Shown: positions 40,317 through 51,048, counted from the stretch's first letter. The stretch: 64,000 nucleotides of DNA from Candidatus Cloacimonadales bacterium (GCA_963665815.1 OY762463.1:1984001-2048000), one strand, 5' to 3'. The notes: generated from the letters alone by a model not told the origin. Translations and numbers: made by a program.

Positions 40317-40668
40317 ACAAAACGAAAAGCTGGATAATCGAATCTCTGAGATTTTGAAAGCTGAGTTTTCAGAGAAACCGGATATAAAAGTCTTTGAAGG
40401 TATTTCTGAACATTTCGAAAAAACAAAAGGCAGAAAGTCTGCAAAAGTTACGACATTTATGAATTCTTTTTACAAGATTGCTGCGGGTTTTGCCTTATTT
40501 CTTGTCGTAACTTTCTACACAATGGGTTATCTGAAGGATGAAAGTAAGCAAATGAGTATCAGGCAAAGTCTTCCTGAATTGTATTCTCGTGCCTCCTGGA
40601 ATATAGGAACCAGCATTGTACAGGATTCGCTAAAATTTGTACAGGCTTCCGTTTTAGAAATCAGGTGA
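40306..40668 (+). CDS. Putative single-TM anti-sigma factor
   Basis: Overlaps the ECF stop; GGAG RBS; one central TM. Confidence 0.55.
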   Translation: MKDKQNEKLDNRISEILKAEFSEKPDIKVFEGISEHFEKTKGRKSAKVTTFMNSFYKIAAGFALFLVVTFYTMGYLKDESKQMSIRQSLPELYSRASWNIGTSIVQDSLKFVQASVLEIR

Positions 40669-43600
40669 CAGTGAGAAATAATATCCAGGTTTAGTAGTTT
40701 CCTGAAAATCACTTGTCCAGGCTATATCCAGCTTCAGTGTTATGAAACCAAGACCGACTCTCGGACCAAAACCAAATCCGAAAACAAGATCATGCAGTTT
40801 GTCTTCCTTATAACCCCGGAAATCATCCCATTCGTCCCAGACGCTTCCAACATCTGCAAACAAAGATCCACGTATGTTCTGTAACGTAATAGGCAGTGGG
40901 AACCCAAGCTGCAGATAATCAACAAATGGATATCTCAATTCAAGAGTTGCCATAGTCTTAAATCTGGCATCATCATCTTCATCATCCGGAACAGTATAGC
41001 CCCTTATACCTTCGTAACCTTCCAGAGTAAATTCCTGTGGATTCTTTCCAAAACTCGCTGCTCCAACAAATCTGCCTGCAATGGCAAACCGTTTAGCAAA
41101 AAAGAAGTACTTTCTTAAATCTAGATAACCTGTAGAGTGTTCAAATTCTTTTGAAAAATTTCTGTTAACAAGACAGATACCCCGCCAACCCTGTATTGGA
41201 CCGGTTGAAGCATAAAGAACATTATCATGAACTAATCTGAACTGGGGCATATACAGTTCGTCTTCTATTTTATCTACAAATGTAACAGGATCTTCATAGT
41301 GATACAAATCGGTTACCCGGTATTCTTCCCTGCGCTTCAGTATGTAATTCTCCATATCAATACGCCAGAATTTGTTAAATGGATAACTTATCAAAGAATA
41401 AACACCAAATTCTTTCTCAATCTCCTGAACTTCTTCAGTTTTAATATAGTATGTACTGCCCGGGTATCTGCGGTAAATATCTATATTATCTTCATCGTAA
41501 AAGTGAATTATACCAAAACCATAATCAATTCTATGAGGTCTGTATATGTAGTTCAGAATCAAATCCGAATTCTTGAATGTACCGTTAATTCCGGTTCTTA
41601 CACCAAGCCCATGGTCACCCATCAGATCACTCATACTAAACTGAATATAACCTACTGCTCCGAGGCTGGAAGAATATCCCATACCTCCCCAGAATCGATC
41701 CAGAGAGAATTTCAGTTTGTATGGTTCCGGAACAGGCGGTTTGCTTATTGAATCAGGTTTACTGTCAATCCTGCTGTTATGTGAATCCGCAACGGAATCG
41801 GAATGTGCTTCTTTTCTGAAACTTATGGTTGTGACATTCCTGTTTGAATAATCAGGACGTTTTTTCTTAAATTCACGTTCTTTAAATCCATAGTATTTAT
41901 ATCTGTCTATTTTGAATTTTTCTTCAAAGTCATCCTGAAATAGAAATTCCTGAGGTATTTTATAGTCAAAGTATTCAAGACTGTCCAGGGGAGACTCATA
42001 AATATAAATATTCCAACCATTATCAAAGAAAGATGAAAAAACCATAAGGTTATCATCATTACCAATATCTCCATTCATAATACCAGTGAGAGATCTTGTA
42101 ACAGATGCTCTTTTACCGGTTTCAATGTTAACCAGATCGTAATTGGCAATATCTTCTCTTTCTGTGACAAAGAGAATTGATTTACCGTCTGCTGTCCACA
42201 TTGGAGCAAAGTTTCTGTAATCATCCGTGGTTACTGAATAGAAATTACTATCTGCAAAATCAAAATAAAAAATGTTATCTGTCATCGCATAGAAAACATG
42301 CAGACTATCCACCGGAATTGAGTTAAGATATCTCTCAGAAGTAAAAACTATTTTTGCGTCATCAGGAGACCAGCGAGGAGCCGAATCATCATATCTGTCA
42401 TTTGATAACTGCTGTATCTGTTTACTGTTGATGTCATACACGTAAATATCTGTTGCCATGTTTTTCTGACCTGAAAACGCAATTTTGTTTCCTTCATGGT
42501 TAACATCTATCTCATAAATATTGCTGAACTCAGACAGAATTATCTCATTAATAATCTTTTTCTTTTCTGAATCAAAAATGTAAATGTAATCACCTCTGGA
42601 TGTCTTGCCTACAAATGCAAATCGTTTCCCATCCGGGAACCATGAAATGTTATTTCTCTGAAAGTGAAATTCTTCAATTGAACCGTTAATTTCTCCGGTA
42701 ATAAGCTTTTTATCTTTTTTAATCCCAAGGACAGTAGATTCCCAGATACCTGTTCTCAGATTCCTGTTACTAAAATATGCATACTTGTTTCCCAGAGGAC
42801 TTATTCTCGGAGCAACATTCATATTTGCTTCTGTTTTCTTATGATCTGTTCTTTTCTCGAAATTTTCAAAAGGCAGAGTAAATTTTTTCAGCAGTTCAAG
42901 GGAGTTCTTTTTCTCATAAATTCTCCACTGTTTCTGAACATCTTCAAACTTTAAACTGAACACTTTTTCGCATACAGCATCAATATCGTTCATTGTAAGA
43001 AGTGTATAATAGAAATCCATAACAGTTTCGGAACCGTATTTTTCTCTGACAAAATTCAGGAAAGCTTCTCCTTCTCTGTAAGCATAATACCCACCAACAT
43101 AATCTAAGGGAATAAGATAATCATTGATGATCATGTCTTTGATAAACATGTTGTTGTAAACAGTATTTCCACCAATCGAAAGGTGCTCGGGAAGACCTTC
43201 GCTGAACCAGAACGGCAATGATCCGTTTCCCACAGAATACATCGATGATCTGGATGAAGACTGCATAGCTTTATCATAAGCATGAGTGAGCTCATGAATC
43301 AATACTTTCTCCAGCTTTACATAGCTACCGTCAAACGGAACAACCACTCTGTTCTTTTCATGTTCTGTAAAGCCCCCTACTCCTTCGCTCAGCAATGGAT
43401 AAATGATATTTGTTGATTCGAAAGCTGTATGGGAGTCATAGAAAATAACAGGGATTCGATACATAATAGGTTTTTTAAAGTTTTGTTTAAGATAATAATA
43501 TGCGTTCTCAGACATTAGTGTGGCAATTTTTCCGAATTCTTCGGCATCTTTTTTGAAGTAAATATCAAAGTGCATAGTTTTAATCATAGACCATTCCATC

Positions 43601-43695
43601 TTCTGGTCCTGAACTTTGTTTTTCCCGAAATTAATACAATTTAACGCTGCTATAGATATTAACAGCATCATAATGATGATTTTTCTTTTATGCAT
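40654..43695 (-). CDS. Peptidase MA-like domain + PD40/TolB-like propeller + BamA/Omp85-like barrel
   Basis: HELTH and WFSEG motifs; PRWSPDD and PMWTADG repeats; IRGY and C-terminal F. Confidence 0.8.
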   Translation of the reverse strand: MHKRKIIIMMLLISIAALNCINFGKNKVQDQKMEWSMIKTMHFDIYFKKDAEEFGKIATLMSENAYYYLKQNFKKPIMYRIPVIFYDSHTAFESTNIIYPLLSEGVGGFTEHEKNRVVVPFDGSYVKLEKVLIHELTHAYDKAMQSSSRSSMYSVGNGSLPFWFSEGLPEHLSIGGNTVYNNMFIKDMIINDYLIPLDYVGGYYAYREGEAFLNFVREKYGSETVMDFYYTLLTMNDIDAVCEKVFSLKFEDVQKQWRIYEKKNSLELLKKFTLPFENFEKRTDHKKTEANMNVAPRISPLGNKYAYFSNRNLRTGIWESTVLGIKKDKKLITGEINGSIEEFHFQRNNISWFPDGKRFAFVGKTSRGDYIYIFDSEKKKIINEIILSEFSNIYEIDVNHEGNKIAFSGQKNMATDIYVYDINSKQIQQLSNDRYDDSAPRWSPDDAKIVFTSERYLNSIPVDSLHVFYAMTDNIFYFDFADSNFYSVTTDDYRNFAPMWTADGKSILFVTEREDIANYDLVNIETGKRASVTRSLTGIMNGDIGNDDNLMVFSSFFDNGWNIYIYESPLDSLEYFDYKIPQEFLFQDDFEEKFKIDRYKYYGFKEREFKKKRPDYSNRNVTTISFRKEAHSDSVADSHNSRIDSKPDSISKPPVPEPYKLKFSLDRFWGGMGYSSSLGAVGYIQFSMSDLMGDHGLGVRTGINGTFKNSDLILNYIYRPHRIDYGFGIIHFYDEDNIDIYRRYPGSTYYIKTEEVQEIEKEFGVYSLISYPFNKFWRIDMENYILKRREEYRVTDLYHYEDPVTFVDKIEDELYMPQFRLVHDNVLYASTGPIQGWRGICLVNRNFSKEFEHSTGYLDLRKYFFFAKRFAIAGRFVGAASFGKNPQEFTLEGYEGIRGYTVPDDEDDDARFKTMATLELRYPFVDYLQLGFPLPITLQNIRGSLFADVGSVWDEWDDFRGYKEDKLHDLVFGFGFGPRVGLGFITLKLDIAWTSDFQETTKPGYYFSLSPDF

Positions 43696-43763
43696 AGTAC
43701 CTGCTTTAATTACAATTTTTTATAAGATAAGACTGCTTCAGATGTACAAATATCTATTTTATA

Positions 43764-44666
43764 TTAAAATACACTGAATTTAAGATATTTCTTCGGATTT
43801 TTTTTGATATCTTTCACAAGAGAATCAAGAGAATTCACAGATCGGAACATAGAGTCATACATTTCCTTGTCATTAATCATATTTGATATTGAGTTATCTC
43901 CACTATCAATCTTTGTGGATATGCTGGACACTGTGTCAGTAAGATCTCCAACTTTTACAATCAGTGTTTTCATTTCAGATAAATTTGCACTTAATGAATC
44001 AACTATTGAATAAAACTCGTCCTTATTGTCTGCTGTTATTGTTTTCAGCATAACGGTCAATTCTGATATATTACTGATGGTTTTTTCTATAGATCCTTCA
44101 TTCTCAGACCAGAATATCTTCAACGCCTTTGCAATATCTTCCGTATTAGAACCAATATTTTCAAGCTTTGTCAATAATCCCTTATCGCCGGACAGATCAT
44201 TCATCATATCTTCAAATTTATCAGCAATTACAGATGCCTTATTCACAAGTTGCCCAAAACCCTTTCGTGTATGTCCGGAAATTAAGGTTTTGGGATTAAT
44301 TCCTTTACCTGAACTGCCTTGAATTATCTCAATTTCATGACCTTTCATTATACCTGAGTCCTGATTCCAGAATTCAGTATCCCAGGTTACAGGATATTTA
44401 TTGTCTACCATTACATCAGCAATAATGCCATTTTTACCAATACTCAGTTTGTTGACTTTCCCAACTTTCAGACCGTAAAGCTTAACCGGATCACCCGGTT
44501 CCAGTCCATTTGCATGCTCAAAATGCACCTGATAACTGTTATAGTGTCTTGACATAAACATGTCATTAAGCCAGAAATATCCTGCAATCAGTATAATACT
44601 GCCAATTATAGCGAACAATCCGACCTGAAACTCAATCTTGTTCTTATCTCTATAGAAAACACTCAT
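43764..44666 (-). CDS. MlaD/MCE family protein
   Basis: ANGLEPGDPVKLYGLKVGKV motif; coiled coil; DIKKNPKKY end. Confidence 0.85.
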   Translation of the reverse strand: MSVFYRDKNKIEFQVGLFAIIGSIILIAGYFWLNDMFMSRHYNSYQVHFEHANGLEPGDPVKLYGLKVGKVNKLSIGKNGIIADVMVDNKYPVTWDTEFWNQDSGIMKGHEIEIIQGSSGKGINPKTLISGHTRKGFGQLVNKASVIADKFEDMMNDLSGDKGLLTKLENIGSNTEDIAKALKIFWSENEGSIEKTISNISELTVMLKTITADNKDEFYSIVDSLSANLSEMKTLIVKVGDLTDTVSSISTKIDSGDNSISNMINDKEMYDSMFRSVNSLDSLVKDIKKNPKKYLKFSVF

Positions 44667-44690
44667 ATTCTCTACCTGTTATCAGTTTGA

Positions 44691-45956
44691 TTAAAATTCA
44701 AGCTGATGTCTTTTGTATAACATTTTGCCTTTTTTGAAAACAGAGTCCACATTGTTTGAACCAAAATGATAAGGAAGAAACTTATAGGAAGGCATATCCA
44801 TTATAAGAATATCCGCATATTTCCCAACCTCAAGAGATCCGACTTTATCTCCAAGCTCCACAGCATGCGCAGCATTAATTGTTGCTGCGGTAATAGCTTC
44901 TGCAACTGTCATTTTCATCTGTAGCGTAGCCAGTGTAACAACAAACTGCATACTATCACAATTGCAGCTACCCGGATTATAATCTGTTGCCAGAGCTACA
45001 GGCAATCCTTCTTCTATCATTTTTCTTGCTCTTGCATATTTTGAAGAACCAAGACTGAATAGTGTTCCCGGTAATAATACTGCAACAACACCTGCCTTAC
45101 TCATCTGTCTTATACCTTCATCAGATGCTGCACCGAGGTGATCTGCCGAAACAGCTTTCATTTCCGCAGCAAGCTCAGCACCACCGATCGGTTCAATCTC
45201 ATCGGCATGCATTTTAATTTTCAATCCAGCCTGCTTTGCCGCATTGAGTATTATTCGTGATTCCTCAATTGAGAAAACATGATCTTCTGTAAAAATATCA
45301 CAATAATCAGCAAGTCCCTGTTCAATAACAGCAGGAATCATTTCATTTATCAGTATATTAATATATTCTTCATGGTTATCTTTATATTCTACCGGATATT
45401 CATGTGCTCCCAGAAATGTACTTTTAATGTCAATCGGAAGGGCTTCTTTCATAGAGTTAATAACTTTAAGCATTTTGAGTTCACTCTCTGTTGTAAGTCC
45501 GTATCCGCTTTTTGCTTCGATAGATGTTGTACCATATTCTATCATTCTTTTAACACGTTTCATTGCAAGCTCAAGCAGAAAATCTTCGTCAGCATCTACA
45601 ACAGCCTTAATGCTGGACCTGATTCCACCTCCACTCTGAGAAATTTCCACATATGATTTTCCCATTACACGCATTTCAAATTCGTTTTCACGTGTGTTAA
45701 CAAATACAGGATGTGTGTGAGGATCAACAAATCCCGGCATGACAACTTTGTTGTCAGCATCTATTATTCTATCTGATGTATACTTAGCGAGAATTTCTTC
45801 TGTTGTCCCAATAGCCGCAATAAGCCCATCATTAACGGCAACTGCACCATTTTTAATGATGCTGAGATCATTCATATCCTTACCGGCTCTTGGTGCAGGC
45901 GAACCACTTAATGTCAGCAGTTCTCCGGCATTCTTTATAATCAAATCAATTTTCAT
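44691..45956 (-). CDS. hutI: Imidazolonepropionase
   Basis: PGFVDPHTH, EAKSGYGL, FLGAH, HADE, SADH and ATDYNPGS motifs. Confidence 0.94.
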   Translation of the reverse strand: MKIDLIIKNAGELLTLSGSPAPRAGKDMNDLSIIKNGAVAVNDGLIAAIGTTEEILAKYTSDRIIDADNKVVMPGFVDPHTHPVFVNTRENEFEMRVMGKSYVEISQSGGGIRSSIKAVVDADEDFLLELAMKRVKRMIEYGTTSIEAKSGYGLTTESELKMLKVINSMKEALPIDIKSTFLGAHEYPVEYKDNHEEYINILINEMIPAVIEQGLADYCDIFTEDHVFSIEESRIILNAAKQAGLKIKMHADEIEPIGGAELAAEMKAVSADHLGAASDEGIRQMSKAGVVAVLLPGTLFSLGSSKYARARKMIEEGLPVALATDYNPGSCNCDSMQFVVTLATLQMKMTVAEAITAATINAAHAVELGDKVGSLEVGKYADILIMDMPSYKFLPYHFGSNNVDSVFKKGKMLYKRHQLEF

Positions 45957-46055
45957 TATTCCTCCATTATCAAAACGACAGAAAAACGATTATATAGCAA
46001 GATTTTTTTTGTTTTGTACAGATGACTGACAGTTATCAGGTTTAATGTATAGTTT

Positions 46056-46071
46056 TGGAATTATAATTGCA
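46056..46071 (+). promoter_or_regulatory. Putative sigma54 -24/-12 promoter
   Basis: TGGAATTATAATTGCA fits GG-N10-GC. Confidence 0.4.
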
Positions 46072-46217
46072 TCTATTTATAGTCATTGATGCATAATTGT
46101 ATCAATAATAGAATTGTCATTAAGTAAAGTATCATTGAATCGACAAAAAAATGATGATATTCTTGACAATTTATGCATATTCAAGTTTAGTATACATTGT
46201 ATAAAAATGGAGGTATT

Positions 46218-46934
46218 ATGCTTTCAAGAATAGCTTTGATAATAATATTTCTGAGTTTGCTTACATTATGTACAGCAGAGAACCTCAGTATTATAGAAAT
46301 TCAGAAAACCATAGATCCGGGAGTAGATTATACATATCCTTCTATTCACAAAGGTGAAACCGTCACTACAGAAGGAATAGTAACCTCTCTTGGCGGATCT
46401 GACAATTCTGTTATTTATTTATCAGAATCTCAGGGTGGTTACTGGAGTGGGATAGCAGTAGACATTTCCGGAACAGGGAAAAGTTTTACTGTGCGAGATA
46501 AAATAAAGATTACAGGTGTTGTTGAAGAGCGATTTGGTATGACAGTGGTGACCAATCTCTCAGAAGCAAAACTTCTTTCTTCTCACAATCGTCTACCTCA
46601 ACCGGTGTCTGTTACTGCCTGTGAAGTAGCAAAAGAAGAAGCTCTGGAATCATCTTTTGTCAGACTTAGAAACAATACTGTTGTAAGTTCTGCTGATAGC
46701 AGGATTATTGTTAAGGATGGCACCGGAGAATGTTCTGTCAGAAATTCTCTTGTTGATTTCTCATCTGTTTCCGGAAAACTGAAAGAAGATCTTGATGTAT
46801 CAATTTCCGGAATAGTAACATACAGCTTTGGTGAATTCTCTGTTCAACCACGTTTTGTTACAGATATTACAGTTCAGAGAATGCTTAATAACTCCAAGAA
46901 CTCCTGGGGACGTGTTAAGTCATTATACAGATAA
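46218..46934 (+). CDS. Secreted OB-fold-like protein with C-terminal SWGRVKSLYR motif
   Basis: Signal peptide; I.EIQ, V.TEGIVT and QPR...D motifs; terminal WGxxK motif. Confidence 0.65.
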   Translation: MLSRIALIIIFLSLLTLCTAENLSIIEIQKTIDPGVDYTYPSIHKGETVTTEGIVTSLGGSDNSVIYLSESQGGYWSGIAVDISGTGKSFTVRDKIKITGVVEERFGMTVVTNLSEAKLLSSHNRLPQPVSVTACEVAKEEALESSFVRLRNNTVVSSADSRIIVKDGTGECSVRNSLVDFSSVSGKLKEDLDVSISGIVTYSFGEFSVQPRFVTDITVQRMLNNSKNSWGRVKSLYR

Positions 46935-46976
46935 TTATTTTAGAAAAACGATATAAGAAGATATTTTGGAGGTATC

Positions 46977-47369
46977 ATGAAAAAATTTTTTGGTAAATTA
47001 ATCCGATTCATCATCATTTCTGTTATAGCTTATTTCTTTTACAAATTCTACAAGAGAGCTAAAGCTGTTAAGAATATGAGTAAATCATTACCACTTTTCC
47101 TTAAAAACACTCTCGGTGAAAAACCGGAACTTTCAATTAACATGAATTTCAATAAAGTTGAAATCAAACTTGGTCTCCCTGCTGAAATACTTGAAGGTGA
47201 CGAAGATATCGAACAACTTGTTGAAGAATACATTAACGACTTCTATCCTGCTTTCAGTGGAATGCATATCCTCATTGGGACATACGAAACAGATGCTGCA
47301 ACTGAAGAATCTGAAGAGGAAACAGTTGAAGAAGAAGCTCCGGCAGAAGAAACCAAAACAGAAGAATAA
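46977..47369 (+). CDS. Hypothetical membrane-anchored protein with acidic tail
   Basis: GGAGG RBS; N-terminal TM. Confidence 0.7.
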   Translation: MKKFFGKLIRFIIISVIAYFFYKFYKRAKAVKNMSKSLPLFLKNTLGEKPELSINMNFNKVEIKLGLPAEILEGDEDIEQLVEEYINDFYPAFSGMHILIGTYETDAATEESEEETVEEEAPAEETKTEE

Positions 47370-47559
47370 GAAGATTTTTTGCAGTTCTCAGGTTAAAACC
47401 TGACTCTAATTCATAATCCATGGTTTCTATGTTCAAGAGATTAAAACAGTTAGTATTATAATTTTAAATAAAATGACTTGACACAGGTTGCTCTCCTTTA
47501 GAAAAGGGATATTCAATATAAATTATATTTTAAATTAAATACACTGAAGGAGATGTGAC

Positions 47560-47856
47560 ATGACAAAGGCTGATTTAGTAAGAATAATTTCTACAGAAAC
47601 TGGAATTATCAGAAAAGATGTTGCTATAGTAGTTGATACTTTTTTAGAAGCTGTTAAAGACAGCATGAAAGATAACAACCATATTGAAATCAGAGGTTTT
47701 GGTACATTCAAACTTAAAGTAAGAAAACCAAGAATCGGACGCAACCCAAAAACTGCTGATAAAGTTCCTGTTCCTGAAAGAGTTGTACCAACATTCAAAT
47801 TCTCAAGAGCTTTCAAAGACGAAATTGCTGACTCTAACAAAGACTTGATAAAATAG
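47560..47856 (+). CDS. HU/IHF family DNA-binding protein
   Basis: MTKADLV, IRGFGTF and GRNPKT motifs. Confidence 0.93.
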   Translation: MTKADLVRIISTETGIIRKDVAIVVDTFLEAVKDSMKDNNHIEIRGFGTFKLKVRKPRIGRNPKTADKVPVPERVVPTFKFSRAFKDEIADSNKDLIK

Positions 47857-47865
47857 GGAGGTTCG

Positions 47866-47958
47866 ATGCCTTGTGGAAAGAAGCGAAAAAGACATAAAAT
47901 TAATACTCATAAGAGGAAAAAACGTCTTCGCAAAAATCGTCATAAAAAGAAAAAATAA
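47866..47958 (+). CDS. 30-aa basic protein, bS22/AURKAIP1-COX24 (mS38)-like
   Basis: GGAGG RBS; MPCGKKRKRHKINTHKRKKRLRKNRHKKKK; missing from the ORF track. Confidence 0.85.
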   Translation: MPCGKKRKRHKINTHKRKKRLRKNRHKKKK

Positions 47959-48004
47959 TTAGCTAATTATAGATAGGGCAGGATTTTTTCCTGCCTGTTT
48001 ATAA

Positions 48005-48982
48005 TTATTGAACAACTCCTATCTGCTCACCCATCTGAATTTTCACTTCCAGTTTTTCCAGCGTTCTTCTGATTAAATCCTTATCCGGCTGTACAGTTCC
48101 TTCAGGGAATAATAATACAACTGTCGATCCACCAAAATAGAAATATCCCTTTTCATCACCTTTTTCAACATAGTCATCAGGAATATAAGTCTGCTCTATA
48201 CCGCCAACCATCGTTGCTCCAACATCAATATAAGCATATCTCCAATTCTTGTCCGTATCAACAAGAGTAATCTCGCGTTTATTCTGTACAAAGACTTCTG
48301 CAACTTTACGTAAAGCAACTGGGGATACTGAAAAATAATCACCATCTATTTTGCGTGCCTGATCAGGTACACCGGGATAAGGGAAATGATATCTGTGATA
48401 ATCCACCGGTGCAAGCCTGACAATATACATTGTTCCGTTATCGAACTCATTTGCCAACTCTGATGAGCCTAAAAATTCCTCGAGTGTAAAATCCAATCCT
48501 TTCATGAAAAACTTGTTCTCAGGCTTTATATGAGTGAACACAAGTATCTTTCCATCTGCCGGCGATACGATAATGCTGCTGTCCGGATTGACAGGTCTGA
48601 ATTGAGGTTTAATCTTACGTGTAAAGAACTCGTTGAATGACTTATAGTCCTGCTTTACATACTGATACATTGGAATATCATACTGCCTGATAAATGGCTG
48701 AATAAGTGATACTGACTCAGGATCATCCATTTTCTTACCATAGTATTCGGAAATAAACTTTCGCTTTGCAAGAGTATGCAGTGCAATAGAACCAAAAGGA
48801 TCATTGTACAGCCATTGAATCCATTCCTGCTTGTAAACAGCTTCTGTTTTAATGTCATCACTGTTTCTCAAAACATAGTGTATTGGTTTAAATGTTCTGG
48901 AGTTTGTTGATACAAATGCTGAAGCTGAAATTATTATTATAAGGCTGATTAACACAGTAGATATAATTTTTATTTTTTTCAC
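48005..48982 (-). CDS. psd: Phosphatidylserine decarboxylase proenzyme
   Basis: SFNEFFTRK, SPADG, RLAPVDYHRYHFP and FGGST autocleavage motifs. Confidence 0.88.
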   Translation of the reverse strand: MKKIKIISTVLISLIIIISASAFVSTNSRTFKPIHYVLRNSDDIKTEAVYKQEWIQWLYNDPFGSIALHTLAKRKFISEYYGKKMDDPESVSLIQPFIRQYDIPMYQYVKQDYKSFNEFFTRKIKPQFRPVNPDSSIIVSPADGKILVFTHIKPENKFFMKGLDFTLEEFLGSSELANEFDNGTMYIVRLAPVDYHRYHFPYPGVPDQARKIDGDYFSVSPVALRKVAEVFVQNKREITLVDTDKNWRYAYIDVGATMVGGIEQTYIPDDYVEKGDEKGYFYFGGSTVVLLFPEGTVQPDKDLIRRTLEKLEVKIQMGEQIGVVQ

Positions 48983-49298
48983 AGATTTCCCCCTGTCTTA
49001 GGATAATCAAATACTATGTATTTTCTTATTGAAAGTCAATTCATTTTATATACACAAGCTGAGATACTCTCAGATAGAACATGTTATTATATTATATATC
49101 TATGAATTATTGTTATTGTCAAATCCAGTATTTTATGATTTGGAAAATTGTCAATACTTAACATCGTAAGAGCTTTATACATAAAATAAATAACAGTTAT
49201 TCCCTACATAGCCTACGACTCTAAGATAATTTATGGCAACCCAAATCGAAAAAATTTTCAATTCTTCCCCTATTCAATAGAGGGAATTTTAAAAAGGA

Positions 49299-49328
49299 AA
49301 GCCTGCTGAAAATAAATCAGCAGGCTTA
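49299..49328 (-). terminator. Hairpin ending the DUF6754-type operon
   Basis: AAGCCTGCTGA-N7-TCAGCAGGCTT. Confidence 0.65.
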
Positions 49329-49355
49329 TAATTATATATTTCAGGAAAACCTGAA

Positions 49356-49952
49356 TTATTTTATGAAACCGAGCCAGTCTCCCATAAGGAACTGGATACG
49401 ACCAATAAGTAATGAGATACGTGCCATAACGGTGTAACCGAAGGATGCACCGAAACCGATCATCATGTACCATACACCAATTTTGGTTACTTTTCCGTAA
49501 AGTCCTGAATGAGCTTTAGAGAAGTAGAAGTACATGAGGATTGTAATTGTACCGATGAATATAAGTACTGTATTAAGGTTTTCAAATGGAATCATAGCTG
49601 TACGCATCTGTACGAGAACTTGAGAGTTCATTGACAGCGGAATAGACATACCGGTGATAACCATAAAGAAAACGATCGGGTATCTTGATAACCAGTTCAG
49701 GTTTTTACTGAATCTGAAAAGGAAAAGAATACCGATGATTGCAGGTATAATCATAATGTAATTATGCATTACGAAAATTGGTTTGTATACGAATGGAATA
49801 AAAGAAAGTTCCCATGCAAGTGGAATACCATATCCCATTGAAACACCGACGAAAAGGTGTTCAGCGAATTTATAGAATGGATTATCCTTATAAAGGAATG
49901 AGAATATACACAATGTTAAAAACGCTGCTACCCAAACTCCAAATCTTTCCAT
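49356..49952 (-). CDS. Conserved membrane protein of the DUF6754-type operon
   Basis: About 6 TMs; SFLYKDNPFYKFAEH and FGASFGYTVMAR motifs. Confidence 0.7.
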   Translation of the reverse strand: MERFGVWVAAFLTLCIFSFLYKDNPFYKFAEHLFVGVSMGYGIPLAWELSFIPFVYKPIFVMHNYIMIIPAIIGILFLFRFSKNLNWLSRYPIVFFMVITGMSIPLSMNSQVLVQMRTAMIPFENLNTVLIFIGTITILMYFYFSKAHSGLYGKVTKIGVWYMMIGFGASFGYTVMARISLLIGRIQFLMGDWLGFIK

Positions 49953-49964
49953 TATTTTCCTCCT

Positions 49965-51047
49965 CTATTGTTGTTCTTTCTGCTCTTTACGCTTTTGAAT
50001 GAAGAAACCAATGTTACCGAGTATAATGAAAACAATAATCATTATGTGAGCAACATTCTGTGCATTCATACCGATACGGGCAGTTTTAAACTTGTAGAGT
50101 AAATTCGGGTCATCGATTCTAACGATTGTAGATTTAGCGATTTCCTTGGAAAATTCTCGAGGTTTTGGGATCAATTTTACATCTTTCATAATTACGGTAC
50201 CTGATTTATCTAGAACATCATTGTTATCGTTAATCACGTAACCTTTCTGCATTGAGCTTCTCTTACCATATTTATCTTCAACGATAAGATTACCTTTATC
50301 ATCTCTGAGTTTATTTGAAGCAAAAACATCAACAAGTTTTTCGTACTCAGCGGCACCTTTAAGTCCGCCAAAAATACCTACGAGCTGACCTGACTGGATG
50401 AATGGGTAGGCATCGGCTGCCATCACAGCAGTGATACCGGCCGCAACATTGGCTCCGAATTTTGATCTTGCATAAGTGATCCAACCATATCCGAAACCGG
50501 AAGCTGAAAACTCAATCACAAGATTAAGCTCATTGTAGTTTTTGATACCTTTCATGATATCGAGGTTATCAAGTTTTTTACCTTCTGCGTCAGTTTCAAC
50601 AGCTTCAGCAATATCATCACCCATACCAAGAATAATAGGCATGTAAAGTGCACCCGGTTTGTAACCAATATTACAATAGTCTCTACCGGACTGGATGTCA
50701 GGGAATTCTTCTTTAACAGTATTAATTGCATAATCAATCAGAGGAGCTGCAGCAGGAATAAAAGTAAGAGTGAAAACTTTTACATTTCTTTCAAAGCAGT
50801 GTCTGAGAACAGCAATTTCCATTGGAAGAAGTTCCGCTGTTGTGGAAGCATCGTGTTGGAAAGTAAGAAGGATAGCACGATCATCTCTACCTGAGAATGA
50901 GTCTATCATCTTATAAATATTTTCAACAGGTTCTGTTGTATAAGTATTTGAGTGGAATGTTTTCAGGAATGGAACAATAATACATATTGCAACAACAATA
51001 TATATATATCGTCTATCCACATTTTGCAGTTTATCGAAAAAATTCAT
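49965..51047 (-). CDS. Conserved membrane-anchored protein of the DUF6754-type operon
   Basis: DRRYIY, YPFIQSGQLVG and GGLKGAAEYE motifs; terminal TMs. Confidence 0.7.
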   Translation of the reverse strand: MNFFDKLQNVDRRYIYIVVAICIIVPFLKTFHSNTYTTEPVENIYKMIDSFSGRDDRAILLTFQHDASTTAELLPMEIAVLRHCFERNVKVFTLTFIPAAAPLIDYAINTVKEEFPDIQSGRDYCNIGYKPGALYMPIILGMGDDIAEAVETDAEGKKLDNLDIMKGIKNYNELNLVIEFSASGFGYGWITYARSKFGANVAAGITAVMAADAYPFIQSGQLVGIFGGLKGAAEYEKLVDVFASNKLRDDKGNLIVEDKYGKRSSMQKGYVINDNNDVLDKSGTVIMKDVKLIPKPREFSKEIAKSTIVRIDDPNLLYKFKTARIGMNAQNVAHIMIIVFIILGNIGFFIQKRKEQKEQQ

Positions 51048-51048
51048 T

